Of a stretch of 64,000 nucleotides of DNA, positions 20,413-29,985 are shown piece after piece. A model generated the notes under the pieces. The model saw only the letters and a program-made list of their open reading frames with translations, searched no databases and had not been told where the DNA came from. Positions within the stretch are counted from its first letter, which is position 1, and each line of letters begins with the position of its first letter. The position numbers and the translations under genes are program-made. Source of the DNA: Terriglobia bacterium (GTDB lineage Bacteria > Acidobacteriota > Terriglobia > Terriglobales > SCQP01); contig JAJPKR010000052.1 in assembly GCA_021323595.1 (NCBI GenBank), positions 28,359 to 92,358 on the forward strand, given 5' to 3'.

Positions 20413-21315
20413 TCAGGCCCCGGCGCCCTGCCACGCGTACGAGCCCGCGCGCAGGTCCTCGAGCACCGGGCGGCCGCGCGGCTGCCAGCCGAGCTCGCGC
20501 TCCGCCTTGGCGCCCGACACTTGCTGATCGAGCGCCAGCGCGTCGGCGAACGCGCCCAGCGTCTTGCGCGCCTCTTCCAGCGGCCATGCCGCCGTCTTGC
20601 CGCCCGCGCCGGCGCCGAGGCTCGCCGCTTCCGCCAGTTCCCGCATCCTCACCGCCGGCCCGTGCGCGGCGTGGAACAGCGAGCCCGCCGGCGCCTTCTC
20701 CAGCGCCAGCACGTAGAGCCGCGCCAGATCCTCCACCTCCACGAAGGACCAGCGATTGCGCCCGTCGCCCACGTAGCGCGCCGCCCCCGTCTCCCGCGCC
20801 GACTGCGTCAACATCCTCAGCAGGCCGCCGCCGCGTCCATAGACGTCGGCGGGCCGAATCACGATCACGCGCGGGCCGCGCTCCTTGCCGCTCAGCACTT
20901 CCTGCTCCAGCGCCGCGCGGTAGGCGACTAGCGGCGTGGGCTGAAGCGGGCTGCTCTCATCGGCGATGCGATCGCCCGTCGAACCCAGCACCCAAACGCC
21001 GCTCGTATAAAGGAACGGCTTGGGGCTGCCCGCCAGCGCGCGCAACATCGCGCGCGTCGCCGCGATATCGGCGGCCGCCGCGTTCGCGCCGCCGGTGTTG
21101 GCGGTATGAATGGCCGCATCAGCGGCGCGCGCGCCCGCCGCCACCGTCTCCGGCTGCAGCAGATCGCCGCGATGCGGGCGCAGGCCGCGTTCGGCCAACT
21201 GCCGCGCCTGCTCCTCCGATCGCGCCAATCCGATCACCTCGTGCCCCGCTGCTTGCAGCGCTTCCGCCACCGCGCTCCCGATGTAACCGCTGGCTCCGGT
21301 CAAAAACACTCGCAT
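20413..21315 (-). CDS. NAD-dependent epimerase/dehydratase (atypical SDR)
   Basis: VFLTGASGYIG, YTSG, IRP..VYG, VEVEDLA. Confidence 0.9.
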   Translation of the reverse strand: MRVFLTGASGYIGSAVAEALQAAGHEVIGLARSEEQARQLAERGLRPHRGDLLQPETVAAGARAADAAIHTANTGGANAAAADIAATRAMLRALAGSPKPFLYTSGVWVLGSTGDRIADESSPLQPTPLVAYRAALEQEVLSGKERGPRVIVIRPADVYGRGGGLLRMLTQSARETGAARYVGDGRNRWSFVEVEDLARLYVLALEKAPAGSLFHAAHGPAVRMRELAEAASLGAGAGGKTAAWPLEEARKTLGAFADALALDQQVSGAKAERELGWQPRGRPVLEDLRAGSYAWQGAGA

Positions 21316-21386
21316 GTCCGCATTATCCTGCGCGCCGCCCGCGAGCGGCTTCGTATAATCAGTTCATCTCTCGCCAGGAGTCTTCG

Positions 21387-22775
21387 TTGCGCGATCCCGA
21401 AAAGCCCTCGCATGCCGGGCGCAATGCGCTCGCCGTCCTGATCCTTCTCATCGTCCTCGTCTGCGGCTTCGCGTTCTCGCGCGGCGGCGCGCCGCAAGTC
21501 ACCGCCGCCTGGCCGCGCGCCGTCGGCCGCGAGGCGCGCCTCGACCTCACCGTGCGCTCCGCGCTCGGCGTGCGCGCGGTGCGCGTCTTCTATCGCCAGA
21601 AGGGCCGCGATATTCCCGTCGCCGCCGCCGGCTTCGGCGGGCGCCACTGGTTCTTCGCGCCCCCCGCCCAGCGCGAGCTGCATCTGGCCCCCACCATCGG
21701 CCGCGCGCGCGTCGCCGGGCTCGCCGACGGCGCCGCCGAGCTCGTGGTGGTTGCCCAGTCCGCCAACCTGCGCGGCTCGCGCCTCCTCCTCGCCCGCCCG
21801 GTCGAAGTCCGCTCCATCCCGCCCGCCATCGAGGTATTGAGCACGCAGCAATATGTCCGCCAGGGCGGCGCCGAGATGGTGACCTATCGCTTGGTCGAGC
21901 CCGGCGGCGGCGGCCTCGAAGACGTGACCTCCGACGTCCGCCTGGCGGGCCGCCTCTACCCTGGGTATCCCGTGCCGGGCGCCGCGCCCGGCGTGATGTT
22001 TTGCCTCTTCGCCTTTCCGTACAACGCGCCGGCCGACTCCGTGCCGCAACTAGTCGCCCGCGATGCGGCCGGCAATGAGGCTAGCGCCGGCTTTCCCGTC
22101 CAGCTCTTTCCCGGCAAGTTCCGCACGCGCACGATGGCGATCGACGACGCCTTCATCTCGCGCGTCGTCGTGCCCATCATCGCCAACACCCCGTCGCTGA
22201 CCGATCCGGTCACGCCCTTGCAGCAATTCCTGCTCGTCAACCGCGACCTGCGCCGCACGGATGCGCGGCTGCTGGCCGAGGCCGCCGGCGAGAGCGTCCA
22301 TCAATTTCTCTGGCACGGCGCCTTCCTCGCCCTGGCTCATGCCGCCGTCGAGGCCGACTTCGCCGACCATCGCCTCTACCGCTACGACGGCAAGATCGTG
22401 GATCAAGAAGACCATTTGGGCTACGACCTCGCCGTGGTGCGCCACACGCCCGTGCTGGCGGCCAACTCCGGCCGCGTGCTGTGGACGCATTACTTCGGCA
22501 TCTACGGCAACGCGATCCTCATCGACCACGGCTTCGGCCTGATGTCGCTCTATGCCCATTTGAACGACTTCGTGGTCAAGCCGGGCGACGTGATCGCGCG
22601 CGGCCAGCTGATCGCCCACAGCGACTCCACCGGCCTGGCCGGCGGCGATCATCTGCACTTCAGCATGCTGCTCGACGGCGTGCAGGTGAATCCGATGGAA
22701 TGGTGGGATCCGCATTGGGTGCACGACCGCATCGAGGCCAAGCTGGCGGCCGTCGGCGCCAACCCCCTCCCTTAA
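21387..22775 (+). CDS. M23 family metallopeptidase, N-terminal membrane anchor
   Basis: HLGYDLA, YGNAILIDHG, YAHL, GGDHLHF; TTG start with AGGAG RBS and TATAAT at 21354-21359. Confidence 0.88.
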   Translation: MRDPEKPSHAGRNALAVLILLIVLVCGFAFSRGGAPQVTAAWPRAVGREARLDLTVRSALGVRAVRVFYRQKGRDIPVAAAGFGGRHWFFAPPAQRELHLAPTIGRARVAGLADGAAELVVVAQSANLRGSRLLLARPVEVRSIPPAIEVLSTQQYVRQGGAEMVTYRLVEPGGGGLEDVTSDVRLAGRLYPGYPVPGAAPGVMFCLFAFPYNAPADSVPQLVARDAAGNEASAGFPVQLFPGKFRTRTMAIDDAFISRVVVPIIANTPSLTDPVTPLQQFLLVNRDLRRTDARLLAEAAGESVHQFLWHGAFLALAHAAVEADFADHRLYRYDGKIVDQEDHLGYDLAVVRHTPVLAANSGRVLWTHYFGIYGNAILIDHGFGLMSLYAHLNDFVVKPGDVIARGQLIAHSDSTGLAGGDHLHFSMLLDGVQVNPMEWWDPHWVHDRIEAKLAAVGANPLP

Positions 22776-22848
22776 TTTGGGACTGGTCGTAACCGGCGGG
22801 CTGCCGGCCTCGTCTCAACCCTGACGGCTTAGGTCCGCTCGCCCCTTT

Positions 22849-24159
22849 ATGCCTTTTGCACGTTCGCGAGCGCTAGCCTGCTCCTTGGCGCTAACTGCTT
22901 GTGTTGTCATGGGCTTGGGAGGGGCAGCGCACGGCCAAACCGGCCCCGCCGTGACGTTGCCCCCAATTCCCGCCGCCAGCGTGGATCTGGATCAGGCTAT
23001 CGCCCTGGCGCTCGCCTACAATCCCGCGCTCGCCGCCGCGGCCACCACCGTGCCGCAAAGCCAGGCGGAGGAGGTCACCGCCAACATCCATCCCAACCCG
23101 GTTTTGACCTGGGATGGGTTGTTCTTGCCCCTCAACCCGAACAACTGGAATCACAACATCGTCAGCCAGATTTCCGAATTCGACGTGGGCGTGGCCTACA
23201 CCTTCGAGCGCGGCGGCAAGCGCCAGCATCGCCTCGCTGCCGCCCGCGCCGCCACCGCGGTGACCCGCTCGCAGTTGGCGGATGCCCGCCGCACGCTGGC
23301 CTTCAACGTCGCCCAGCAATTCGTCAACGTGCTGCTCGCGGAGTCGAACCTCGACTTTGCCCGCCAAGACCTGGCCAGCTTCCAGCGGACGGTCAACATC
23401 GGGCAGGCGCAGCTCAAGGCCGGCCAGATCAGCGAAGGCGACTTCCTCAAAATCAAGCTGCAACTGCTGCAATTCCAGACCGACGTCTCCTCGGCGCAAT
23501 TGGCGCTCTTGCAGGCGCGCGCGGCCTTGCGCAATGCCGTCGGCTATCGCGCCCTGGCGCCCGATGTGCGCGTGGTGGGCAGCTTGCAGTACACGCCGCT
23601 GAAGGGCGGCGAGGATGATTACAAGGCGCTGGCGCTCCAGAACCGCCCCGATCTGCGTGCCGCGCGCCAAGGCATTACCGCCGCCCAAGATCAATACACG
23701 CTGGCGCGCGCCAACGGCAAGCGCGACCTCACCAGTTCGCTGACGTTTTCGCACGTCGGCGGCATCACCGGCGCCGGCATCGCCTTCAACATGGAAATTC
23801 CCGTCTTCGACCGCAATCAGGGCGAGATCGCCCGCTCGCGCTTTGCCGTCGCCCAGGCGCAGGATCTCTCGACCGCCACCGCCGAGCAGGTGATGACCGA
23901 CGTGGCCACCGCCTACGAGGCGGCGCAAACCGGCTCGCAGGTCGTCGCGCTCTACCAATCCGGCTACTTGCAGCAAGCGCAGGAATCGCGCGACATCAGC
24001 GCCTACGCCTATCACCGCGGCGCGGCCAGCCTGCTCGATTTTCTCGATGCCGAGCGCAGCTACCGCGCCACCGAACTCGCCTACCGCCAATCCCTGGCCG
24101 CCTACATGCTCGCCCTCGAGCAGCTCAAGGAAGCGGCCGGCACGAGGAAGTTGCTATGA
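22849..24159 (+). CDS. TolC/CzcC-family outer membrane efflux protein
   Basis: ERGGKRQHR, NRPDL, IPVFDRNQGEI, GAASLLDFLDA; first gene of an RND operon. Confidence 0.93.
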   Translation: MPFARSRALACSLALTACVVMGLGGAAHGQTGPAVTLPPIPAASVDLDQAIALALAYNPALAAAATTVPQSQAEEVTANIHPNPVLTWDGLFLPLNPNNWNHNIVSQISEFDVGVAYTFERGGKRQHRLAAARAATAVTRSQLADARRTLAFNVAQQFVNVLLAESNLDFARQDLASFQRTVNIGQAQLKAGQISEGDFLKIKLQLLQFQTDVSSAQLALLQARAALRNAVGYRALAPDVRVVGSLQYTPLKGGEDDYKALALQNRPDLRAARQGITAAQDQYTLARANGKRDLTSSLTFSHVGGITGAGIAFNMEIPVFDRNQGEIARSRFAVAQAQDLSTATAEQVMTDVATAYEAAQTGSQVVALYQSGYLQQAQESRDISAYAYHRGAASLLDFLDAERSYRATELAYRQSLAAYMLALEQLKEAAGTRKLL

Positions 24160-25319
24160 GTCGCACCCGGCTCGCTCCCTGTTTCGCCGCCCTGGCGGCG
24201 CTCGCGGCCCTGCTCGCCGGCTGCGGCCGGCAGGCGCCGGCTACCGCCGCTGCCGCGCCGCCGAACGCGTCCGCCGATCCCAACGGCCCCAGCCTGTTCA
24301 CGATTCCCGCCGCGCAGATGACGCACCTGAGCCTCTACACCGTCGCGCCCACGACGTTGGTGCGCACCCTGCGCCTGCCCGGCACGGTGGTCTACAACGG
24401 CTTCCACACCACCGCCGTCATCACCCAAGTCGGCGGCCGCGTCACGCGCATCCTGGCGCAGCCCGGCGAACATGTGCGCGCCGGCCAGCCCATGCTCTAT
24501 GTCAGCAGTCCCGATTACTCCGCCGACCGGGCGGCCTTCTTGAAGGCGCGCGACGCCTTCCAGCTCGCTGACAAAAACTACCGGCGCGCGCAGGATCTCT
24601 ACGAGCATCAGGCCATCGCCGAGGCCGATCTGCTGCAAGCCGCTTCCGCCCGCACCCAGGCCGAAGCCGACTTTCAGAACGCCGAGCAGGCGCTGCGCAT
24701 CCTGGGCGTCGCCGATCCCGCCGCGGTCGCCGCCCGCCCCTCCCCCGACATTCCCGTGCTCGCGCCCATCAGCGGCCTGGTCGTCGATCGCGAGGCGATG
24801 CCGGGACAAGTCGTGCAAGCCGGCAGCACGCAGCTTTTCACCCTTTCCGACTTGCACACCGTCTGGGTCCTGGTCAACGTCTTCGAGCGCGACCTCGCCT
24901 ATGTCCATGTCGGCGACCCCGTCACCGTCCATAGCGACGCCTACGGCCGCGACTTTCACGGCCGCATCTCGTATTTGGGCGCCTCCCTCGACCCCACGTC
25001 CCGCACCTTGCAAGCCCGCATCGTCACCCGCAATCCCGGCGAGGAGCTGAAGAACCAAATGTACGTGACCGCCGTCGTCCAGGCCGGCGTCGAGCGCCGC
25101 GCCATTGCCGTGCCCGACGCCGCGGTCCTGCGCGACGACGTCAACCAGCCCTTCGTCTATGTGGCCGTGCCCGGCCGCACCGGCACCTTCGCCCGCCGCC
25201 TCGTCCAGATCGGCGAAAGCGAGGCCGGTAGGACCCAGATTCTGAGCGGCTTGCAGCCCGGCGAGCGCGTCATCGCCGAGGGCAGCCTCTTTGTGCAGTT
25301 CGCCAATTCCCTGCAATAG
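24156..25319 (+). CDS. RND efflux periplasmic adaptor (CzcB-like), lipoprotein
   Basis: LLAGC lipobox, APISG, LSDLHTVWV, LDPTSRT, GLQPGERV. Confidence 0.93.
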   Translation: MSRTRLAPCFAALAALAALLAGCGRQAPATAAAAPPNASADPNGPSLFTIPAAQMTHLSLYTVAPTTLVRTLRLPGTVVYNGFHTTAVITQVGGRVTRILAQPGEHVRAGQPMLYVSSPDYSADRAAFLKARDAFQLADKNYRRAQDLYEHQAIAEADLLQAASARTQAEADFQNAEQALRILGVADPAAVAARPSPDIPVLAPISGLVVDREAMPGQVVQAGSTQLFTLSDLHTVWVLVNVFERDLAYVHVGDPVTVHSDAYGRDFHGRISYLGASLDPTSRTLQARIVTRNPGEELKNQMYVTAVVQAGVERRAIAVPDAAVLRDDVNQPFVYVAVPGRTGTFARRLVQIGESEAGRTQILSGLQPGERVIAEGSLFVQFANSLQ

Positions 25320-25325
25320 CGCGCC

Positions 25326-28300
25326 GTGATCAATCGCATCGTCCAATTCGCCCTGCGGCAGCGCTTCTTCGTTTTGATCGTGGTCGTGCTGATGGTCATC
25401 GCCGGCGCCATCTCCTTCCACCGCATGCCCGTGGACGCCTATCCCGACCTCTCGCCGCCGATGGTCGAGATCATCACCCAATGGCCCGGCCACGCCGCCG
25501 AGGAAGTCGAGCGCTTGGTCACTCTGCCGATCGAATTGCAGCTCAACGGCACCCCGAATCTGGTCGTGATGCGCTCCATCTCGCTTTACGGCCTTTCCGA
25601 CGTCATCCTCACCTTCACCGATTCCACCGACAATTACTGGGCCCGCACCGAAGCCTTCGAGCGCGTCGGCGGCGCCACCCTGCCGCAAGGCGTCACCCCC
25701 AGCATGGCGCCGCTCTCCAGCCCCAGCGGGCTGATCTACCGCTACGTAGTCGAGAGTCCCGACCGCACCCCGCAAGAGCTCAAGACCATCGAGGATTGGG
25801 TGCTCGAGCGCGCTTACAAGGCCGTGCCCGGCATCGCCGACGACTCCGGCTTCGGCGGCACCGTGATGCAGTACCAGGTGCTGCTCGATCCCAGCCGCCT
25901 CTACGGCTACAACCTCAGCGTCGCCCAGGTCATCAACGCCCTCGCCGCCAACAACGGCAACACCGGCGGCGGCTTCTATTCCCAGGGCGGCCAGTTCTAT
26001 TACGTGCGCGGCCTGGGCCTGGTGCGCAACACCGAAGACATCGGCGACATCATCGTCGGCTCCAGCAACGGCGTGCCCATTCACGTGCGCGACATCGGCC
26101 AGGTGGTGATCGGCCACGCGCCGCGGCTGGGCGAATACGGCTTCCAGAACAACAACGACGCCGTCGAAGGCGTGCTCATGATGCTGCGCGGCGCGCGCAC
26201 CCAAACCGTGCTCAAGCGCGTCGAAGCCGAAACCTATAAGCTCAACCACGGCCTGCTCCCGCCCGATGTCAAGGTCTTTCCCTTTTACGACCGCACCGGC
26301 CTGATCCAGCTCACCACCAAGACCATCGAGGGCAACCTGCTGCGCGGCATGATCCTGGTCTTCTTGGTCTTGCTCTTCTTCCTCGTCAGCGTGCGCGCGG
26401 CGGTGATCGTCGCGCTGACGATTCCCCTGGGCCTGCTCTTCAGCTTCATCCTGCTGCACGCCAAGGGCGTGGACGCCAATCTCCTCTCCATCGGCGCCAT
26501 CGACTTCGGCATCATCATCGACGGCACCGTGGTGATGATGGAGAACATCTTCCGCGAGCTCGGCCTGCGCCACGGCCGGCACTACAACTTGTTCGAGGTG
26601 ATCGCCGCCGCCGCCCGCGACGTGGACCGGCCCATCTTTTACTCCGTCGCCGTCATCATCGCCGGCTACCTGCCGATTTACGCCCTGACCGGGCCGGCGG
26701 GCACGCTGTTTCACCCCATGGCCGACACCATGGTCTTCGCGCTCATCGGCGCGCTCGGCATCACCCTCACCCTCGTGCCGGTGCTCACCTCCTATTGGTT
26801 CAAGCGCGGCGCCCGCGACGCCAGCACCCGCGTCTTCGAGTGGATCAAGGCGGTGTACGCCGGCCGCCTGCGCTGGTGCCTGCGCCATCCCGCCTGGACG
26901 GTGGCCGTGATCGTCGCCATCTTCGTCGCCAGCATGTCCGTCGTGCCCACCATCGGCGGCGAGTTCATGCCTCACCTGGATGAAGGCGCGCTCTGGGTGC
27001 GCGCCACCATGCCTTACACCATCTCCTGGCAAGAAGCCGCGAAAATCTCCCCGCAGATTCGCGCCTTGCTGCGCTCCTATCCGCAGGTCACCTACGTCGG
27101 CTCCGAGCTCGGCCGCCCCGACGACGGTACCGATCCCACCGGCTTCTTCAACGACGAGTTCTACGTCGGCTTGAAGCCCTACGACGATCCCAGTTGGCGC
27201 GCCAGCCGCGATCACACCAAGCAGGCCCTGATCGACGACCTGCGCGGGCGCTTGGCCACCTATCCCGGCATCATCTTCAACTTCACCCAGCCGGCCGAGG
27301 ACGCCGTGGATGAAGCCCTCACCGGCCTCAAGAGCGCGCTCGCCGTCAAGGTCTTCGGCCCCGACCTCCAGGTGCTGCAGGCCAGCGCCCTGCGCATCAA
27401 GCAGGCGCTCGCCCGCGTGCCCGGCTTCACCGACTTGACCGTCGTGCGCGAGCTCGGCCAGCCCAGCCTCGTCGTCACCGTGAACCGCGCCAAGATCGCC
27501 CGCTACGGCATCAACGTCAGCGACGTCGAAGCCGTCGTTCAAGCCGCCGTCGGCGGGCAAGCGGCGACGCAGGTGATCCAAGGCGAAAAGCTCTTCGATC
27601 TCGTCGTGCGCATGGAGCCGCAGTTCCGCCAAAACCCGCGCGCGATCGGCAATCTCCTCGTGCCCACGCCCGGCGGCCAGCTCATTCCTCTCAGCCAGCT
27701 CGCCGCCATTGACGTGCAGTCCGGCGCCTCCTTCATCTATCGCGAAAACAACTCGCGCTACATCGGCGTCCAATACAGCATCGTCGGCCGCGACCTCGCC
27801 TCCGCCGTGCGCGACGGGCAAAACGCCGTCAACGCCGCGCTCCGCCTCCCGCCCGGCTATCACTTGCAGTGGGGCGGCGAATACAGCGAATATCTGGCCG
27901 CCCGCGCCCAGCTCTCCGTCGTCGGCCCGCTGGCGCTGCTGCTGATCTTCCTTATCCTGTTCGCGCTCTACGGCAACTTCAAATTCCCCTTGGCCGTGTT
28001 CCTCAGCGTCGTGCTCACCGAGCCGGTGGGCGCGGTGCTGGCGCTGAAGCTGACCGGCACTCCCTTCAGCGTCTCCTCCGGCATCGGCTTTCTCGCCCTG
28101 CTCGGCGTCTCGGCGGAAATGGCCGTCATCATGGTCTCCTACGCCAACAAGCTCCGCGGCGAGGGCATGAGCATCCATGACGCCGCCTACCAGGCCGCGC
28201 TGCTCCGCCTCCGCCCCATTCTCATGACCGCCATGGTGGCTTGTCTCGGCTTGCTGCCTGCGGCGCTCTCGCACGGCATCGGCAGCGACACGCAGCGCCC

Positions 28301-28412
28301 CTTCGCCATCGTCATCGTGGGCGGCATGCTCTGCCCGATGCTGCTCGGCTTCTTCCTCTACCCGGTGCTCTATCAGCTCTTCGCGCGCGAAGGCGACGTG
28401 TTGCAGGTTTGA
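25326..28412 (+). CDS. CusA/CzcA family heavy-metal efflux RND permease
   Basis: PVDAYPD, EEVERLVT.PIE, AIDFGIIIDGTVVMMEN, EFMPHLDEG, RLRPILMTA, QRPFA. Confidence 0.95.
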   Translation: MINRIVQFALRQRFFVLIVVVLMVIAGAISFHRMPVDAYPDLSPPMVEIITQWPGHAAEEVERLVTLPIELQLNGTPNLVVMRSISLYGLSDVILTFTDSTDNYWARTEAFERVGGATLPQGVTPSMAPLSSPSGLIYRYVVESPDRTPQELKTIEDWVLERAYKAVPGIADDSGFGGTVMQYQVLLDPSRLYGYNLSVAQVINALAANNGNTGGGFYSQGGQFYYVRGLGLVRNTEDIGDIIVGSSNGVPIHVRDIGQVVIGHAPRLGEYGFQNNNDAVEGVLMMLRGARTQTVLKRVEAETYKLNHGLLPPDVKVFPFYDRTGLIQLTTKTIEGNLLRGMILVFLVLLFFLVSVRAAVIVALTIPLGLLFSFILLHAKGVDANLLSIGAIDFGIIIDGTVVMMENIFRELGLRHGRHYNLFEVIAAAARDVDRPIFYSVAVIIAGYLPIYALTGPAGTLFHPMADTMVFALIGALGITLTLVPVLTSYWFKRGARDASTRVFEWIKAVYAGRLRWCLRHPAWTVAVIVAIFVASMSVVPTIGGEFMPHLDEGALWVRATMPYTISWQEAAKISPQIRALLRSYPQVTYVGSELGRPDDGTDPTGFFNDEFYVGLKPYDDPSWRASRDHTKQALIDDLRGRLATYPGIIFNFTQPAEDAVDEALTGLKSALAVKVFGPDLQVLQASALRIKQALARVPGFTDLTVVRELGQPSLVVTVNRAKIARYGINVSDVEAVVQAAVGGQAATQVIQGEKLFDLVVRMEPQFRQNPRAIGNLLVPTPGGQLIPLSQLAAIDVQSGASFIYRENNSRYIGVQYSIVGRDLASAVRDGQNAVNAALRLPPGYHLQWGGEYSEYLAARAQLSVVGPLALLLIFLILFALYGNFKFPLAVFLSVVLTEPVGAVLALKLTGTPFSVSSGIGFLALLGVSAEMAVIMVSYANKLRGEGMSIHDAAYQAALLRLRPILMTAMVACLGLLPAALSHGIGSDTQRPFAIVIVGGMLCPMLLGFFLYPVLYQLFAREGDVLQV

Positions 28413-28432
28413 GCGGCTTCTATAATGACTCC

Positions 28433-29101
28433 ATGAAGCTCCCCCTTGCGGCGCTGGCGCTCGCCGCTCTGGCGTGGACCGCGGTGGCGGCGCAAAATCC
28501 CCCGGCGCTCGCTCCGGCGCTGCCGCCCCGCATCACCTTCAGCAAGAGCTTTCGCGGCTCGGTGCCCACGTTCGTCGAAATCACCGTGCAGCGGGACGGC
28601 TCGGCTTCCTTCGAGGTCATCCAGCAGCCCGGCCAGCCGCCGGTCAAAATGGAATTCCACGTTGGCAAGGCGCTCGTCGAGCACATCTTCGCCCTCGCCG
28701 CCCAATTGCACGACTTCAGCGGACCCGAGCTCGAGGCTAAAGCCAAGGTGGGCTATATGGGGACCAAGATGCTCGCCTACGACGACGCCACCCGCCACAA
28801 TCAGCAAACCTACAACTACTCCTCCCGTCCCGCCGCCCGCGACCTCACCGACATCTTCGAGCGCATCGCCGGCAGCGGCGAGCACGCCGCCCGCTTGCGC
28901 CACGCCGTCCGTTACGATCGTCTCGGCGTGGTGCAAGAACTCGACGGCATCACCCGCGACTGGAGCGAGCACCAACTGCTCGCGCCCGAACTGCTCGAGC
29001 CGGTGCTGGAGCGAGTGGCCAACGATCCCGATCTGATGGATATCGCCCACCGCCGCGCCTTGGATCTCTTGACCGAGATGGGCTCCGCTCGCAATCGCTA
29101 A
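28433..29101 (+). CDS. secreted hypothetical protein
   Basis: Signal peptide MKLPLAALALAALAWTAVAA; TATAAT 6 nt upstream of the ATG. Confidence 0.8.
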   Translation: MKLPLAALALAALAWTAVAAQNPPALAPALPPRITFSKSFRGSVPTFVEITVQRDGSASFEVIQQPGQPPVKMEFHVGKALVEHIFALAAQLHDFSGPELEAKAKVGYMGTKMLAYDDATRHNQQTYNYSSRPAARDLTDIFERIAGSGEHAARLRHAVRYDRLGVVQELDGITRDWSEHQLLAPELLEPVLERVANDPDLMDIAHRRALDLLTEMGSARNR

Positions 29102-29142
29102 CGCCATCGCCCCGGCTCGCATCTGATCCGCAAGGAGTTCTT

Positions 29143-29772
29143 ATGACGGATCCCGACGACGAGAAGCACCGCGCCGACGAGAAAGCGCGCGAGAGTGGCC
29201 GCCCCGGCGGCGGCAAGGGCCGCAAGGATGAGGTCGGCAAGAGCGGCGTCTATCCCATGTCCGGTCCCTTGCCCCAAGGGCCGGCCGAGTTGCGCACGCC
29301 CGCTGCCTGGGGCCAAGGCGAGCGCGGCGCCGCTGGCTACGAGGACTCCGGCCGCTCCGAGTTGGTCTACGAACAAGGCCAGTTGCTGGGCGGGCTCGAC
29401 GCCGGCGCCCCCGGCTCGCCGCCCCCGGCCGGCCTGCTCATCCCCCCGCCGGCCTGGGAGAAGGCGCTCGACGACTTCAGCCGCCGCCACCGCAACTGCC
29501 CGGTCTTGATCGAGGAGATTCGCGGCGAAGAACGCCGCGTCGCCATCGAGAATGAGCCGCTCACCGGCATCAGCTCCGATCGCGCCGGCGAGCGCGACAA
29601 GATCTACGTCGCCGTTGGCAGCCGCGCCGACCAGTCCCACACCCACGTCATCTCCGCGCCCCGCCAGTTGCGTATCTTCGTCGCCCCCGGCGAGGCGCCC
29701 AGCGCCGAGGTCGAATCCGCCGACGGCACGCGCACCCGCCTGCGCTGCCTCGAGCACCGCCCCGCCGCTTAA
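29143..29772 (+). CDS. hypothetical protein with C-terminal DUF5335-like domain
   Basis: AAGGAG RBS; C-terminal IPPPAWEKALDDFSRRH...PLTGISSD...HVISAP..L..ADG pattern. Confidence 0.65.
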   Translation: MTDPDDEKHRADEKARESGRPGGGKGRKDEVGKSGVYPMSGPLPQGPAELRTPAAWGQGERGAAGYEDSGRSELVYEQGQLLGGLDAGAPGSPPPAGLLIPPPAWEKALDDFSRRHRNCPVLIEEIRGEERRVAIENEPLTGISSDRAGERDKIYVAVGSRADQSHTHVISAPRQLRIFVAPGEAPSAEVESADGTRTRLRCLEHRPAA

Positions 29773-29776
29773 GGGG

Positions 29777-29852
29777 AAAAGGGGACAGCCTGATCTGCCC
29801 CGGTTTCCCCACTTCCAGGGAAACCGGGACGGCCCGGCCCGTCCCCGTATTT
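29777..29852. repeat. REP-like palindromic element, copy 1 (composite)
   Basis: AAAAGGGGACAG-CCTGAT-CTGCCCC, followed by inverted companion GGGAAACCGGGACGG-CCCGG-CCCGTCCCC; first unit nearly identical to 54639-54671. Confidence 0.65.
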
Positions 29853-29985
29853 CGCGACGGCCCCGCTTCGACCACGACTAGCGGCCGCACCCCCGCGACC
29901 TTCGCCGACGCTCCGCTCTGCTCCCCGGCGCTGGACGCCCGCCGCCGTTCCGCTTACGCTTCGATTACGCCTGCGTCCAACGCTC

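Noticed and set aside
24102-28274. 1390-aa minus-strand ORF, and similar long antisense ORFs (43388..46099, 597..2342, 8536..10317)
   Set aside because: Shadow frames of well-supported genes on the opposite strand; expected in high-GC DNA; no recognisable motifs
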